A stretch of 63,923 nucleotides of DNA, filler included. It is 8 parts of 8 records of this genome, joined end to end, with 100 filler letters (N's around TTAATTAATTAA, not from the genome) between each part and the next. Parts side by side here need not be neighbours in the genome. Positions count along the whole stretch, not along the records: positions 39,193 to 45,098 come from SRR31156797_22689; positions 45,199 to 58,032 come from SRR31156797_22695; 6 more parts are not named here. One strand, written 5' to 3'. Within the stretch, counting starts at the first letter, position 1, and every line of letters starts with the position of its first letter. Below the pieces are notes generated by a model. That model was not told where the DNA came from. It searched no databases and worked only from the letters and a program-made list of their open reading frames with translations. Made by a program: the position numbers and the translations under genes. Shown here piece after piece: positions 39,583-50,461 of this stretch.

Positions 39583-40524
39583 TTGCCGGCTTCTAAAAAC
39601 TCTTCTGGAAAAAAAAACGAAATCTGGACGGTTCTGAGAATCATCCGTTGGACGACCGGTTATCTCGAAAGCAAAGGGATTGATTCCCCGCGTCTGGATG
39701 CCGAAGTTCTTTTGGCCGATCTGCTTAAAATGCGGCGGATCGATCTGTATGTAAATTACGACCGGCCTCTCTCGCCGGACGAGTTGGCCGGATACCGCGA
39801 GATGGTCAAACGAAGGGCGGCCAGGGAGCCTGCGGCCTATATTATCGGCCGGAAAGAATTCTACAGCCTGGATTTCAAGGTCAGTCCGGCCGTGCTTATT
39901 CCCAGACCCGAAACCGAGACTCTTGTAGACGAAGCTGTAGACCTGGCTCGCAAGCGCTTTTCCGATAAACCGCAATTAAAGCTGGCGGATATAGGAACCG
40001 GTTCGGGAGCTGTGGCGATATCCCTGGCTTCCGAACTTAAAAGCGCCCTGGTTTGGGCGGTAGATATTTCCGGGCAGGCCCTGGAAGTCGCCCGTTTAAA
40101 CATCGAGAGCCATGAGCTCGAGGACAGGGTCAACCTTATCCGGGGCGATCTGTTGGAACCTTTGCTGGATATCGGGGAAAAGTTCGATATAATAACCGCC
40201 AATCCGCCTTATGTGCCTCTGCCCGCTTTTGATGACATGGAGCCTGAAGTCAGGGATTGGGAGCCGCATTTGGCTCTTGCCGGCGGCGAAGACGGTCTGC
40301 TGTTAATCGGGCGTCTGATATCCAGGGCCGGGGAGTTACTCGCGCCGAACGGCGCGTTGCTGCTTGAGGTCTGGCATGAACATGCCCCGGAACTCAGGCG
40401 GCTTGGCGAGCAATACGGTTTCGGCCGGACGACAATCGTGACCGATCTTTCCGGCCGCGACCGGGTGGCGGTTTTTGATAAAATTGATCGGGGGACTTGT
40501 ACGGATGGACAAGATATTAATTGA
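39583..40524 (+). CDS. prmC: Release factor glutamine methyltransferase
   Basis: LIPRPETE, DIGTGSG, ANPPY; downstream of prfA. Confidence 0.95.
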   Translation: MPASKNSSGKKNEIWTVLRIIRWTTGYLESKGIDSPRLDAEVLLADLLKMRRIDLYVNYDRPLSPDELAGYREMVKRRAAREPAAYIIGRKEFYSLDFKVSPAVLIPRPETETLVDEAVDLARKRFSDKPQLKLADIGTGSGAVAISLASELKSALVWAVDISGQALEVARLNIESHELEDRVNLIRGDLLEPLLDIGEKFDIITANPPYVPLPAFDDMEPEVRDWEPHLALAGGEDGLLLIGRLISRAGELLAPNGALLLEVWHEHAPELRRLGEQYGFGRTTIVTDLSGRDRVAVFDKIDRGTCTDGQDIN

Positions 40525-41764
40525 GGGCGGACGTCGTCTCGAGGGCGAGGTGGAAATAAGCGGGGCCAAAAATGCGGCTTTGCCCATCATGGCCGCCTGT
40601 ATATTGGCGGAAGAAACCTGCGACCTGGATAACATACCGGAATTAAGGGATTTAAACACCATGGCCAGGCTGCTTAGCCACATGGGCGCGGAAGTGGAAC
40701 TCGAACCCGGCAGGGTTAAAATTAGATCCGGGAAAATAGACAATCCGGCGGCGCCTTACGATTTGGTCAAGACAATGCGCGCTTCCGCATTGGTTCTGGG
40801 CCCTTTGCTGGCCCGATACGGCCAGGCCCAGGTGTCGCTGCCCGGTGGCTGCGCCATTGGCGAAAGACCCATAAACCTTCACCTGAAAGCCCTTGAAGCC
40901 ATGGGCGCCAAAATCACCCTCGAAAAGGGTTATGTAAGCGCCGAGGCCCCTAAGGGAGGGCTTAAAGGAGCTGATTTATTCTTTGACCAGCCCACGGTTA
41001 CCGGCACCGAAAACATCATGATGGCCGCCGTTCTGGCCGAAGGGCGAACTGTTTTGCGAAACGCGGCCAAGGAACCGGAGGTCGTTGACACGGCTATGGC
41101 TCTATCCCGCATGGGCGCCAAAATAAGCGGAGCCGGTACGGAAATCGTTATAATAGACGGCGTTTCAAGATTGAACGGAATGGACTACCGGATAATGCCG
41201 GACCGCATCGAAACAGGCACTTACATGGCTGCGGCCGGAATTACGGGGGGACGGATCAAAATAAAAAAAGCAGCTGTAAACAGCACCGGGGCTGTGGAGA
41301 AAAAACTCGAACAGACCGGCGTTGTTATTGAGCGCACAGGGGATGACATACTGGTAACAGGGCCGGAAAGAATCAATAGCACGGATATTAAGACAAAACC
41401 CTACCCCGGCTTTCCCACGGACATGCAGGCCCAGATAATGGCCCTGGTGTCATTGGGCAACGGTCTGAGCGTTATCAAGGAAACTATTTTTGAAAACAGA
41501 TTCATGCATGTCAGTGAGCTGAAGCGTATGGGCGCCGATATCAGGCTTGACGGAAATACGGCCATCATAATGGGCGTACCGGAACTGTCCAGCGCGCCGG
41601 TAATGGCCACCGATCTTAGGGCCAGCGCTTCCCTGATCATCGCGGCCCTGGCCGCCAAGGGGCAAACTGAGATTTCAAGGGTCTATCACATCGATCGCGG
41701 TTATGAGAGTGTTGAAAAGAAATTGTCCGGTCTGGGCGCCCGCATCCGCAGGATCAAGGAATAA
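40505..41764 (+). CDS. murA: UDP-N-acetylglucosamine 1-carboxyvinyltransferase
   Basis: SGAKNAALP, MRAS, LPGGCAIG, PGFPTDMQ, DLRA, HIDRGY. Confidence 0.97.
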   Translation: MDKILIEGGRRLEGEVEISGAKNAALPIMAACILAEETCDLDNIPELRDLNTMARLLSHMGAEVELEPGRVKIRSGKIDNPAAPYDLVKTMRASALVLGPLLARYGQAQVSLPGGCAIGERPINLHLKALEAMGAKITLEKGYVSAEAPKGGLKGADLFFDQPTVTGTENIMMAAVLAEGRTVLRNAAKEPEVVDTAMALSRMGAKISGAGTEIVIIDGVSRLNGMDYRIMPDRIETGTYMAAAGITGGRIKIKKAAVNSTGAVEKKLEQTGVVIERTGDDILVTGPERINSTDIKTKPYPGFPTDMQAQIMALVSLGNGLSVIKETIFENRFMHVSELKRMGADIRLDGNTAIIMGVPELSSAPVMATDLRASASLIIAALAAKGQTEISRVYHIDRGYESVEKKLSGLGARIRRIKE

Positions 41765-41811
41765 GCCTCTGACGCCTGACAACTGCATGTTGATAACTGA
41801 AACAGGGCCTT

Positions 41812-42945
41812 ATGAAAAAAGCTTTTGAAAAAACGGAAATAAAAACCCTGGAGCTGACCAACAGGTTTGTCCGGTCGGCCACATGGGAAGGGCTGGCCGA
41901 TCAAGACGGACGGGTGACTGATGATTTAATAGACTTTTTAAAGCCCCTGGCCGTGGGGCAAATTGGTCTCATAATCGCAGGATTCGCATACGTGAGTGAA
42001 AGCGGCCGGGCACGGCCTCGCCAAACCGGAATTTATTCGGATGACCTCATGCCCGATTTGACCAGGCTTTGCGATGAGATTCACCAGTCAGGCGGAAAGA
42101 TCGCGGCCCAACTGGTCCACGCCGGCTATCAGTCCGATCCCGAACTGACCGGAGAAGAAGTCCCGGCCGGGCCTTCGTCATTCAAGATCCCGGATAAGGA
42201 AATTACCGCTCGCGAGATGGGAACAGGCGAGATACAGGATCTGGTTGATCGGTTTGGAAACGCGGCCGGCCGGGCCAGGAAAGCCGGGTTCGACGCCGTG
42301 CAGCTTCATGCGGCCCACGGCTACCTATTAAACCAGTTTCTGTCGCCCGCCTTCAACACTCGCGGCGACAGGTACGGCGGCAGCCTTTTGAACCGGGCCC
42401 GAATTATATACGAAATCTACGAAGCGGTCCGTGGAGAAGCCGGGGCTGATTATCCGGTGTTGATAAAGATTAATTCCGAAGATTTTTATCCCGGCGGCCT
42501 GGGTTTGGAAGAAGCCGTCCATACGGCCGCCAACCTGGCCGAGATGGGGTTGGACGGGGTCGAAGCCAGCGGCGGGATGCTGTGGAGCGGCAAAATGATC
42601 CCCAGTCGAAAAGGGATTGCAACCACCGAGCAGGAAGCTTATTTCAGAAAAGCCGGCTATGTGTTCAAGAACAAAATAAAGGCGCCTGTTATTCTGGTGG
42701 GCGGAATGAGATCGCCGCAAATCGTAAGCGAGATTCTTGAAGAAAAACATGCCGATTATATCGCCCTGGCCCGTCCCTTGATTCGTGAACCGGATTTGGT
42801 GAAGCGCTGGGCGGAAGGGGACCTGGCGGGCGCGCAATGCATATCTTGTAACGGCTGCTATAGAACGGCTTTTGAAGACAAAGGCATATCCTGCGATGTG
42901 CTGAACCGGGAAAGGGAAAAAGATTCCGGGCAGCGGGACGGATGA
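41812..42945 (+). CDS. NADH:flavin oxidoreductase (old yellow enzyme family)
   Basis: NRFVRSAT, QLVHAG, HAAHGYLLNQF, RYGGSLLNR, CISCNGC. Confidence 0.9.
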   Translation: MKKAFEKTEIKTLELTNRFVRSATWEGLADQDGRVTDDLIDFLKPLAVGQIGLIIAGFAYVSESGRARPRQTGIYSDDLMPDLTRLCDEIHQSGGKIAAQLVHAGYQSDPELTGEEVPAGPSSFKIPDKEITAREMGTGEIQDLVDRFGNAAGRARKAGFDAVQLHAAHGYLLNQFLSPAFNTRGDRYGGSLLNRARIIYEIYEAVRGEAGADYPVLIKINSEDFYPGGLGLEEAVHTAANLAEMGLDGVEASGGMLWSGKMIPSRKGIATTEQEAYFRKAGYVFKNKIKAPVILVGGMRSPQIVSEILEEKHADYIALARPLIREPDLVKRWAEGDLAGAQCISCNGCYRTAFEDKGISCDVLNREREKDSGQRDG

Positions 42946-43016
42946 TTTATTCCGCCCTTCTAGCGGCGCACATACTCGCTCTTGCTTTACACTTATAAAC
43001 AATGTAGATTAACCTT

Positions 43017-43682
43017 ATGGACGGAACCCGGTACATTGTTGTTGAAGGATTGATCGGCTCCGGCAAGGCCGCGCTGGCTGAAAAACTGGCCGGCAGCTTG
43101 AGCGCCAATCTCGTGCTTGAAGAAAGTGACAATATACCTATATTGAAACTGTTCCTGAAGGAAAGAAGGCGATACGCCTTTCAAACGCAGCTTTCCTTTC
43201 TGGCTTCACGGTACAAGCAGCAACAGAAACTGCCGCAATACGATCTTTTCCACAGCAGTATAGTCATTTCCGATTGCCTGTTCGATCGCGACCGTCTCTT
43301 TGCCCGGGTCAATCTGGATGAGGAAGAGTTTGCTCTGTACGATCAGTTTTTTTCCATCATGGCTGAAAGGGCGCCCCAGCCGGACCTGGTGATTTACCTG
43401 TCCGCCACAACGGAAATTCTATGGAAGCGGGTCAGGGCAAGCAAGGATGAAGAAGTATGGATTTCCCGCGAATACATTGCCGAACTTAACGAGGCTTACA
43501 ACAGCTTCTTTTTCCACTACAACCGTTCACCCTTGCTGGTGGTAAATACATCGGACGTGGATTTTGTTTCCGATGATAAAAATTACGGGCATTTCCTTAG
43601 AGAAGTCATAAATCACAAAAAGGGAGTCAAGCATTACATTCCCTTTGGCGTCTCCGAGATTTCCCTTGGAGAAAAAGTGTAA
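43017..43682 (+). CDS. Deoxynucleoside kinase family protein (degenerate P-loop)
   Basis: YIVVEGLIGSGK, AFQTQLSFL..RY.QQ, PDLVIYL. Confidence 0.85.
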   Translation: MDGTRYIVVEGLIGSGKAALAEKLAGSLSANLVLEESDNIPILKLFLKERRRYAFQTQLSFLASRYKQQQKLPQYDLFHSSIVISDCLFDRDRLFARVNLDEEEFALYDQFFSIMAERAPQPDLVIYLSATTEILWKRVRASKDEEVWISREYIAELNEAYNSFFFHYNRSPLLVVNTSDVDFVSDDKNYGHFLREVINHKKGVKHYIPFGVSEISLGEKV

Positions 43683-43725
43683 TCTACGTAATGCGCACGG
43701 CGTCGGCGGAATCATACAGGGATAC

Positions 43726-44574
43726 ATGGAAATAATAACTACAGTCGGGGAAATGAAATCCTGGAGCAGCGGGCAAAAAGCCGAGGGTTTAAAAATCGGT
43801 TTTGTGCCGACCATGGGTTTTTTACACGAAGGTCACCTGAGTCTGGTTAAATATTGCAGGGAAAATTGCGACCGTCTGGTTGTAAGCATCTTTGTGAACC
43901 CCAAGCAATTCGGCCCCAAGGAAGACCTCAAGGATTATCCAAGAGACCTGGATCGCGATTTGGGTCTTCTTGGACCCCTGGGAGTGGATGCGGTCTTCCA
44001 GCCTTCAGCGGATGAAATATACCCGGAGGGATATCAAACCGGCGTTGAAGTCAAGGAACTGACCAAATACCTGTGCGGCGCCTTCCGGCCGGATTTTTTT
44101 CCGGGCGTCACGACCGTGGTTTTGAAGCTTTTTAATATTATCGGCCCCGACCTGGCCGTATTTGGCAAAAAAGACTTTCAGCAGCTCACGGCAGTCAAGC
44201 GCATGGTGCGGGATCTTCATCTTGACATTGAAATAGTCGGCGGCGAAATTGTCCGGGAAGAGGACGGGCTGGCCATGAGCTCCCGCAATACTTACCTCTC
44301 TCCCGAAGAAAGAGCGCAGGCAGTTGCACTTTATGAAGCCCTGCAACTGGCTGTGAAAATGGCGCACGACGGCGAGAAGAATTCCGCGAAAATTCTTGAA
44401 AAGGTCAGGGCGCATATTGAACGTCGGCCGGATGCAAAGGTTCAATATGCCTCATTGGTGGATGTTGACGCCATGATTGACCTGGACGTGATTCACGACC
44501 GGGCGTTGCTGGCGCTGGCGGTTATAATCGGTAAAACCAGGCTGATTGACAATACAGTAATTGAAATCGATTGA
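43726..44574 (+). CDS. panC: Pantoate--beta-alanine ligase
   Basis: VPTMGFLHEGH, SIFVNPKQF, GKKDFQQ, LAMSSRN, RLIDN. Confidence 0.96.
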   Translation: MEIITTVGEMKSWSSGQKAEGLKIGFVPTMGFLHEGHLSLVKYCRENCDRLVVSIFVNPKQFGPKEDLKDYPRDLDRDLGLLGPLGVDAVFQPSADEIYPEGYQTGVEVKELTKYLCGAFRPDFFPGVTTVVLKLFNIIGPDLAVFGKKDFQQLTAVKRMVRDLHLDIEIVGGEIVREEDGLAMSSRNTYLSPEERAQAVALYEALQLAVKMAHDGEKNSAKILEKVRAHIERRPDAKVQYASLVDVDAMIDLDVIHDRALLALAVIIGKTRLIDNTVIEID

Positions 44575-44669
44575 AACCGGTATTGCCGCAATATCCGGAT
44601 AAAACCGGGCCAGTATCGAGCCTGGCGCGAAAATAATAAAAATTAGATAAATCGGGAGGATATGACGGC

Positions 44670-45098
44670 ATGAGCCCTAGTTACCTTTTTTCCTCGGAAT
44701 CGGTTACGGAAGGACATCCGGACAAGGTGGCAGACCAGATTTCGGATGCAATTCTGGATACAATCATTGGACAGGATAAAAATGCCCGCGTAGCTTGCGA
44801 AACCCTGGTTACAACAGGCATGGCCGTTATCGCCGGCGAAATTACCACGGATTGCTATGTGGACATGTCTGCCGTAGTGCGTGAAACCATCAAGGGCATC
44901 GGCTATAACGACTCGGCCATGGGTTTTGATTGGGAAACTTGCGCCGTGTTGGCGTCCATAGATAAACAGTCTCCCGATATTGCCATGGGCGTGGACAGTT
45001 CCGAAACAAAGGAACAGGGCGCCGGCGATCAGGGCTTGATGTTCGGTTACGCCTGCAATGAAACCGAAGTGTTAATGCCCATGCCCATCTACCTGGCC
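44670..45098 (+). CDS. metK: S-adenosylmethionine synthase, 5' fragment
   Basis: [31 protein letters not shown]. Confidence 0.97.
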
Positions 45099-45198
45099 NN
45101 NNNNNNNNNNNNNNNNNNNNNNNNNNNNNNNNNNNNNNNNNNTTAATTAATTAANNNNNNNNNNNNNNNNNNNNNNNNNNNNNNNNNNNNNNNNNNNN
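45099..45198. other. Artificial contig-joining spacer
   Basis: N-run with TTAATTAATTAA. Confidence 0.98.
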
Positions 45199-46386
45199 AG
45201 TTTGATTAGCCCAACCAAAATATCTCCAAATAATTGCAAAATTTACCTGGGTTAGTAAAAATCCAATTGCAAATAATGGAAGAGTAATTAATAAACGCTT
45301 ACCTAAAGATTTTTGCGAGAATTTTAAAGAGTCAGCAATAGTTAAACGCGCACTTCTAAAAGCTGTATCACCAGAAGTAATTGGAGCAGCAACTACGCCG
45401 AAAACAGCTAATAAACCACCAATTTTTCCTAGCAAGCTGTTACAAATTTCATTTACAACCCATGCAGCATTGTGCCCTGGTTGAGTCATTGTTTCGCCTA
45501 ACTCTCTAATACCACCAAAAAATGTCATAGCAGCAGCAGCCCAAATCATAGCTACTATACCTTCTGCAATCATTGTTCCGTAGAAAATCTTTCTACCTTG
45601 TTTTTCATTCGTCATACAACGTGCCATTAAGGGAGATTGTGTTGAATGAAAGCCAGAAATTGCACCACAAGCAATGGTAATAAAAAGAAGAGGGTATATT
45701 GGGTATTTTCCCGGACTAGCATGGAAGTTCATAATATTTGAAGGAACCAATTCAGGAATTTCATATCCACCAAAAATCAATGCACCTGCAATTCCAAATG
45801 CCATTACTAATAAGCACAACCCAAAAAATGGATAGATTTTACCAATTAATTTATCAATTGGAATCATTGTTGCCAATAGATAATATAGGAAGATTACTCC
45901 AATTAGAATAGAGACATTGAATCCTGTTAATCCGTGAAGAATACTAGCAGGACCTTTGATAAATACAACACCTACTAATACTAAAAGCACGACAGAAAAA
46001 ACTCTCATAAAGTTTTTAAAGACAGGTCCTAAATATTTTCCTACAACTTCAGGGATACTTGCACCACCATGACGAATAGAAAGCATACCTGAAAAATAAT
46101 CATGAACGGCTCCTGCAAAAATACAGCCAATAACGATCCAAATAAAGGCTACAGGACCCCATAAAGCACCAGCAATGGCTCCAAAAATAGGACCAAGTCC
46201 GGCAATATTTAAGAATTGAATCAGGAAGATTTTCTTCCAGTTCATAGGAACGAAATCAACACCGTCTTCTTTTGCAATAGCAGGTGTAGTTTTTTCTGGA
46301 TCAGCACCAAATTTGTGTTCTACAAATTTTCCGTACACCACATATCCCAGAATTAAAGCTGCAATACAGATAAAAAAGGTTACCAT
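45199..46386 (-). CDS. cstA: Carbon starvation protein A (peptide/pyruvate transporter), 3' truncated
   Basis: DGVDFVP, QFLNIAGLGPIFGA, ITIACGAISGFH, ITSGDTAFRSAR, WRYFGWANQ. Confidence 0.92.
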
Positions 46387-46483
46387 AGTAATTTTGTTTT
46401 GAATGAGTAATAAGTTTACATGTACAAAACAAGTGGAAACGTTTGCGGTTAGTAAGAGTAGTTTTGCGCAATTCAATCAAAAA

Positions 46484-46507
46484 TACCCTCACAAGTTAAT
46501 GAGGGTA
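46484..46507. promoter_or_regulatory. Inverted repeat upstream of cstA, candidate NarL/LuxR-type binding site
   Basis: taccctca-N8-tgagggta. Confidence 0.5.
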
Positions 46508-46605
46508 AATACGCAGATGTGTGTTCTAACTATAAGAATATAAGATATTTGAATCCCTATTTGGATCAAATTCAATTAAGAAGGTGTAAGTGTTTAATAC
46601 AGAGA

Positions 46606-47247
46606 TTAAATCTCAATAATATTATTTTTTATGGCATACATTACCATTGCAATTGAGTTGGTGCAATTGGTTTTACTAAGTAGGTTTGCCCTATGACGTT
46701 CTACAGTTCTAATACTAATAAACAGGGTATCGGCAATTTTATTATTACTAAAGCCTTTGCAAATCAATTGCAGAACTTCTAATTCTCGATCTGTAAAATG
46801 AACGATTTCAGATGGGTTTTTCTGTTGTTTTCTTTTGTTTAGAATTCCAACAAGTAATTCTTGTGAAAAATAACTTCCTCCGGATCCAACTGTAAGTAAG
46901 GCTGCAGATAATTCATCAACATCGGAATTTTTCAGAAGAAACCCTTTAACACCAGCTTCAACCATTTTATCGTAGTACTGTTCTTCGCCATGCATTGATA
47001 ATACGACAATTTTAAGGTTCGGATTTTCTCGTAACGCTTCAATTGTAGCATCAATGCCATTCATTTTTGGCATATTAATATCCATTAAAATGATATCAAC
47101 TTCAGTAACATTAATCAAATCAAGAAATTCATGACCATTTTCGGCTTCCCCAACTACATTAATGTTATCCATATCGTCAAGAAGGAAACGCAATCCTTTT
47201 CTAAAAATTTTATGATCGTCAACGATGATTACCTTTTGCTCTTTCAT
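46606..47247 (-). CDS. NarL/LuxR-family response regulator (copy 2)
   Basis: VDDH, MDINMP, LLK, LuxR HTH (TDRELEVL..TVERHR). Confidence 0.95.
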   Translation of the reverse strand: MKEQKVIIVDDHKIFRKGLRFLLDDMDNINVVGEAENGHEFLDLINVTEVDIILMDINMPKMNGIDATIEALRENPNLKIVVLSMHGEEQYYDKMVEAGVKGFLLKNSDVDELSAALLTVGSGGSYFSQELLVGILNKRKQQKNPSEIVHFTDRELEVLQLICKGFSNNKIADTLFISIRTVERHRANLLSKTNCTNSIAMVMYAIKNNIIEI

Positions 47248-47256
47248 ACAAAAATT

Positions 47257-49806
47257 TTATAGGTTTACGTTTACAACAGCTATCATTCCACCGGTTTCCG
47301 GATTGCTTTGAAGGTTGTGCGAGCCATTTAAAGATTTAATTCGACTAAGAATATTATACAATCCCATTCCTGTACTTTCACTATTAATTTCATCAGGATC
47401 AAAACCTTTTCCATCGTCAATATAAATCAAATTCAATGAATTGTTCTCTCTTGAAAGCGATATTTGAATATTGTTTGCTTCTGCATGCTTAATTGTATTG
47501 TTTATTAATTCTGTAATCACCCGGTAGATAACAACTTCAATTTGTTGGTTAATTCTCTCTTCCAAATTTTTTGAATCGAGAGTGATGTTAATTGTTTTTG
47601 ACAGATTTATTTTGCTGATAAAGGAGTTGATTGCATTAACCAATCCGAAATCATTAAGAACGTGAGGACTCAGGTTGTTAGAGATCTCTTTAATGTTAAT
47701 GAGGGTTTCATTTACGATTTCGCGAGATGAACTAATAATTTGTTCATTTCTCTCACTAAGTTTCGATTTGCTAAGTGCGGATAAGTACAAGTTAATACTT
47801 GACAACAAAGGACCAATTGAGTCATGTAAATCTGTGGCAAATCTTTTTCTTTCATTCTCTTCGGCCTCAATAACAGCATTTAAAACCTTACGTTCTGTTT
47901 CTTGTCTTACACTAATATCACTTGCTACAGATAGAATTAGTTTGGTGTCAGTTAAATCAATTAAACTCAAATGAATTTCAACAGGAAAAGTTGTATTGTT
48001 CTTTCTTTTCTGAATAGACTCTAATTTAATAGATGCATTTTCAGGTCTTAATTTATTCCATTGGGTTTTGAACTGGTTCAAATTGTACTTTTGATCCAAA
48101 AGTGTCATATTAGATCCAATGATTTCTTTTCGGTCGTAACCCAAAAGTTTGCATGTAGCAAGGTTAACATCAAGAATATTTCCCTCAAAATCATGTATAA
48201 TAATTTCATCGGCAGCTTGCTCAATTAAGGATCTCCATCTTTCTTCGGATGCTCTAATTTGTTTTTCATCCTCTTTAATTTTTGCTTCAGCCTGTTTTCT
48301 TTGTGTGATATCAATTAATGTTCCTACAAGATTTATTGCTTGTTTTTCACGGGAATAATCCAGAATTTTGGCTTTAGCTTTTAACCACATCCAATTGTTG
48401 TTTTTGGCTTTTAAGCGCATTTCAAAAACCAAAAGATCAATTTCTCCATTTTGCAGTTTACCTCTTTCTTCTATAAATTCCTGTATATCTTCTGAATGAA
48501 TGAGTTGTTCGATAAACTCGGGAGTATTTTTCACCAGATCTGGATCGTAACCTAATTTTTCCCAAATATTTTTACTGATATAAGTACTGTGTTCCTTAAA
48601 ATTATGCTCCCAAACACCATCCGAATTAGCATCTAACATTCGAAGTAATCTATTACGACTACTTTTTAACTGTTGATTGCGAGCAATTAATCTATTTTCA
48701 TTTATACGGCGCTTATATCGTGCATATATAATTATTAGAACTAGTAATCCTAAAGAGATTAATATTACTATAATGCTGATTTTGTATTTAGTGATAAATG
48801 ATGGTGGTTGATTAATTACGATACTTTCTTTTGGAAGATTATTAACAGTAATTCTAAAGCGTTTCATCTGATTGTAATCAAACATGAAAGCGTTGTATCC
48901 TTCCGTAACCAGAGGAATACTATTCACATCAGTTCCATTAATTACTTTAACTGCTAATTCAGCAGCTAATTTACCTTGTTTGAAACCACTGGTTAGCATA
49001 CCACCAACAATACCTTCGTTAAAATAAAATACCCAGGAACTATAAATTGGAAGTTCTGTTGCATCTCTAATAATTTCAATATTTTCCTGATAGGAAATAT
49101 AGTTTCCTTCTCGATCTTTACTAAAGTTGAGAAGCAGAATAATATTTGAATTATCCAGATTTTTAACTTTATCAACTAAACTTTGAATGGATAAATTTTC
49201 GAGAAAAATTAGTTTAACATTTGTTTTTAGTTCTGGCCAAAATGAAATAATATGATTTCGATTAATAATTGCTGAAGTGGTGATATTGTCATTAATAACA
49301 ACCAGGTTTTTGGCTTTGGGATGCAGGCGTAAAGCTTGTTCTACAGTTTGTTTAAAATCAATAAACTCCGTAACACCTGTAATATCAGTCATTCCCTCTA
49401 TAAGGCTATCTTCAAACTGATCGATAGAGCAAAAAACAATAGGAATATTCTTAAAAAATTCTTCCTGATGATCACGAGTAAAATAAAGAGCATTATTGTC
49501 TGATGCGATAACAACATTGTATGGTATGCCTTTGTGTTTGAGTCGATAAAGTTTTTTGAATTCTTTTAGATATTCTTCGTCATACCTGCGTTTGGTATCC
49601 ATATATTCGAACTGTATTTCGATATCTTCGTATTGATTAAGAACCGAAAGAATTCCTTTGGTGATATTGTCAGTCCAGTTCAATCCCTGATGATAGGAGT
49701 GAAGCACTAAAATCTTTTGACGTCGGGCAGAAACATCGAATAGGAAGAGGGTAAGAATTCCCAGTAATAAGATTATTTTTTTATATGTATTAGATTTTGA
49801 GAACAT
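47257..49806 (-). CDS. Sensor histidine kinase: periplasmic solute-binding-like domain, TM, 2 PAS, HisKA_3 (copy 2)
   Basis: LVLHSYHQG, ERKRFATDLHDSIG, ELINNTIKHA, DDGKGF, GMGL. Confidence 0.92.
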   Translation of the reverse strand: MFSKSNTYKKIILLLGILTLFLFDVSARRQKILVLHSYHQGLNWTDNITKGILSVLNQYEDIEIQFEYMDTKRRYDEEYLKEFKKLYRLKHKGIPYNVVIASDNNALYFTRDHQEEFFKNIPIVFCSIDQFEDSLIEGMTDITGVTEFIDFKQTVEQALRLHPKAKNLVVINDNITTSAIINRNHIISFWPELKTNVKLIFLENLSIQSLVDKVKNLDNSNIILLLNFSKDREGNYISYQENIEIIRDATELPIYSSWVFYFNEGIVGGMLTSGFKQGKLAAELAVKVINGTDVNSIPLVTEGYNAFMFDYNQMKRFRITVNNLPKESIVINQPPSFITKYKISIIVILISLGLLVLIIIYARYKRRINENRLIARNQQLKSSRNRLLRMLDANSDGVWEHNFKEHSTYISKNIWEKLGYDPDLVKNTPEFIEQLIHSEDIQEFIEERGKLQNGEIDLLVFEMRLKAKNNNWMWLKAKAKILDYSREKQAINLVGTLIDITQRKQAEAKIKEDEKQIRASEERWRSLIEQAADEIIIHDFEGNILDVNLATCKLLGYDRKEIIGSNMTLLDQKYNLNQFKTQWNKLRPENASIKLESIQKRKNNTTFPVEIHLSLIDLTDTKLILSVASDISVRQETERKVLNAVIEAEENERKRFATDLHDSIGPLLSSINLYLSALSKSKLSERNEQIISSSREIVNETLINIKEISNNLSPHVLNDFGLVNAINSFISKINLSKTINITLDSKNLEERINQQIEVVIYRVITELINNTIKHAEANNIQISLSRENNSLNLIYIDDGKGFDPDEINSESTGMGLYNILSRIKSLNGSHNLQSNPETGGMIAVVNVNL

Positions 49807-50451
49807 TTAATCAATCTCAATAATTTTATTTTTAACAGCATACATTACCAGTGAAGTAGAGTTTTTACATCCTGTTTTGCTCAATAAATTCGCTCGGTGA
49901 CGATCAACCGTTCGGTGACTGATGAATAATTCTTCAGCAATCTCGGCGTTACTATATCCGTCACAAATTAATTTGAGCACTTCTAATTCACGTTGTGAGA
50001 GTTTTACAATATCTGTTCGGAGTTTTTGTAATCTTTTTTTATCTAAAATGTCAACCAAAAGTTCTTGAGAGAAATATGATTTTCCAGACATTACAGCCTC
50101 TAAAGCTGCAATTAGTTCATCGGCACCTGAATTTTTCAGCAGGAATCCTTTTACACCTGCATCCAGCATTTGATCGTAATATTCTTCCTCTCCATGCATG
50201 GAAAGAACAATTACTTTTAAATCAGGATATTTTTCCATGGCAGCTTTGGTGGCATCAATTCCATTCATTTCGGGCATGTTGATATCCATTAAGGCAATGT
50301 CGATAGGTTCCTTTTTAGCCATTTCTAAAAACTCAACACCATTAGATGCCTCGCCAATCACTTTAATATTAGGGACATTACTTAATAGAAACTGAAGTCC
50401 ACTGCGAAACATTTTGTGATCATCAACAATTATTACCTTATATTCTTCCAT
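49807..50451 (-). CDS. NarL/LuxR-family response regulator (copy 1)
   Basis: VDDH, MDINMP, LuxR HTH; paralogous to 46606-47247. Confidence 0.95.
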   Translation of the reverse strand: MEEYKVIIVDDHKMFRSGLQFLLSNVPNIKVIGEASNGVEFLEMAKKEPIDIALMDINMPEMNGIDATKAAMEKYPDLKVIVLSMHGEEEYYDQMLDAGVKGFLLKNSGADELIAALEAVMSGKSYFSQELLVDILDKKRLQKLRTDIVKLSQRELEVLKLICDGYSNAEIAEELFISHRTVDRHRANLLSKTGCKNSTSLVMYAVKNKIIEID

Positions 50452-50461
50452 GCTCAATATT

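Noticed and set aside
28080-40524. Two prmC genes in one window
   Set aside because: They are on different contigs with very different GC content, so different organisms rather than a duplication.
44575-44669. Possible SAM riboswitch upstream of metK
   Set aside because: Only small hairpins; no SAM-I or SAM-II core motifs in this 95-nt gap.
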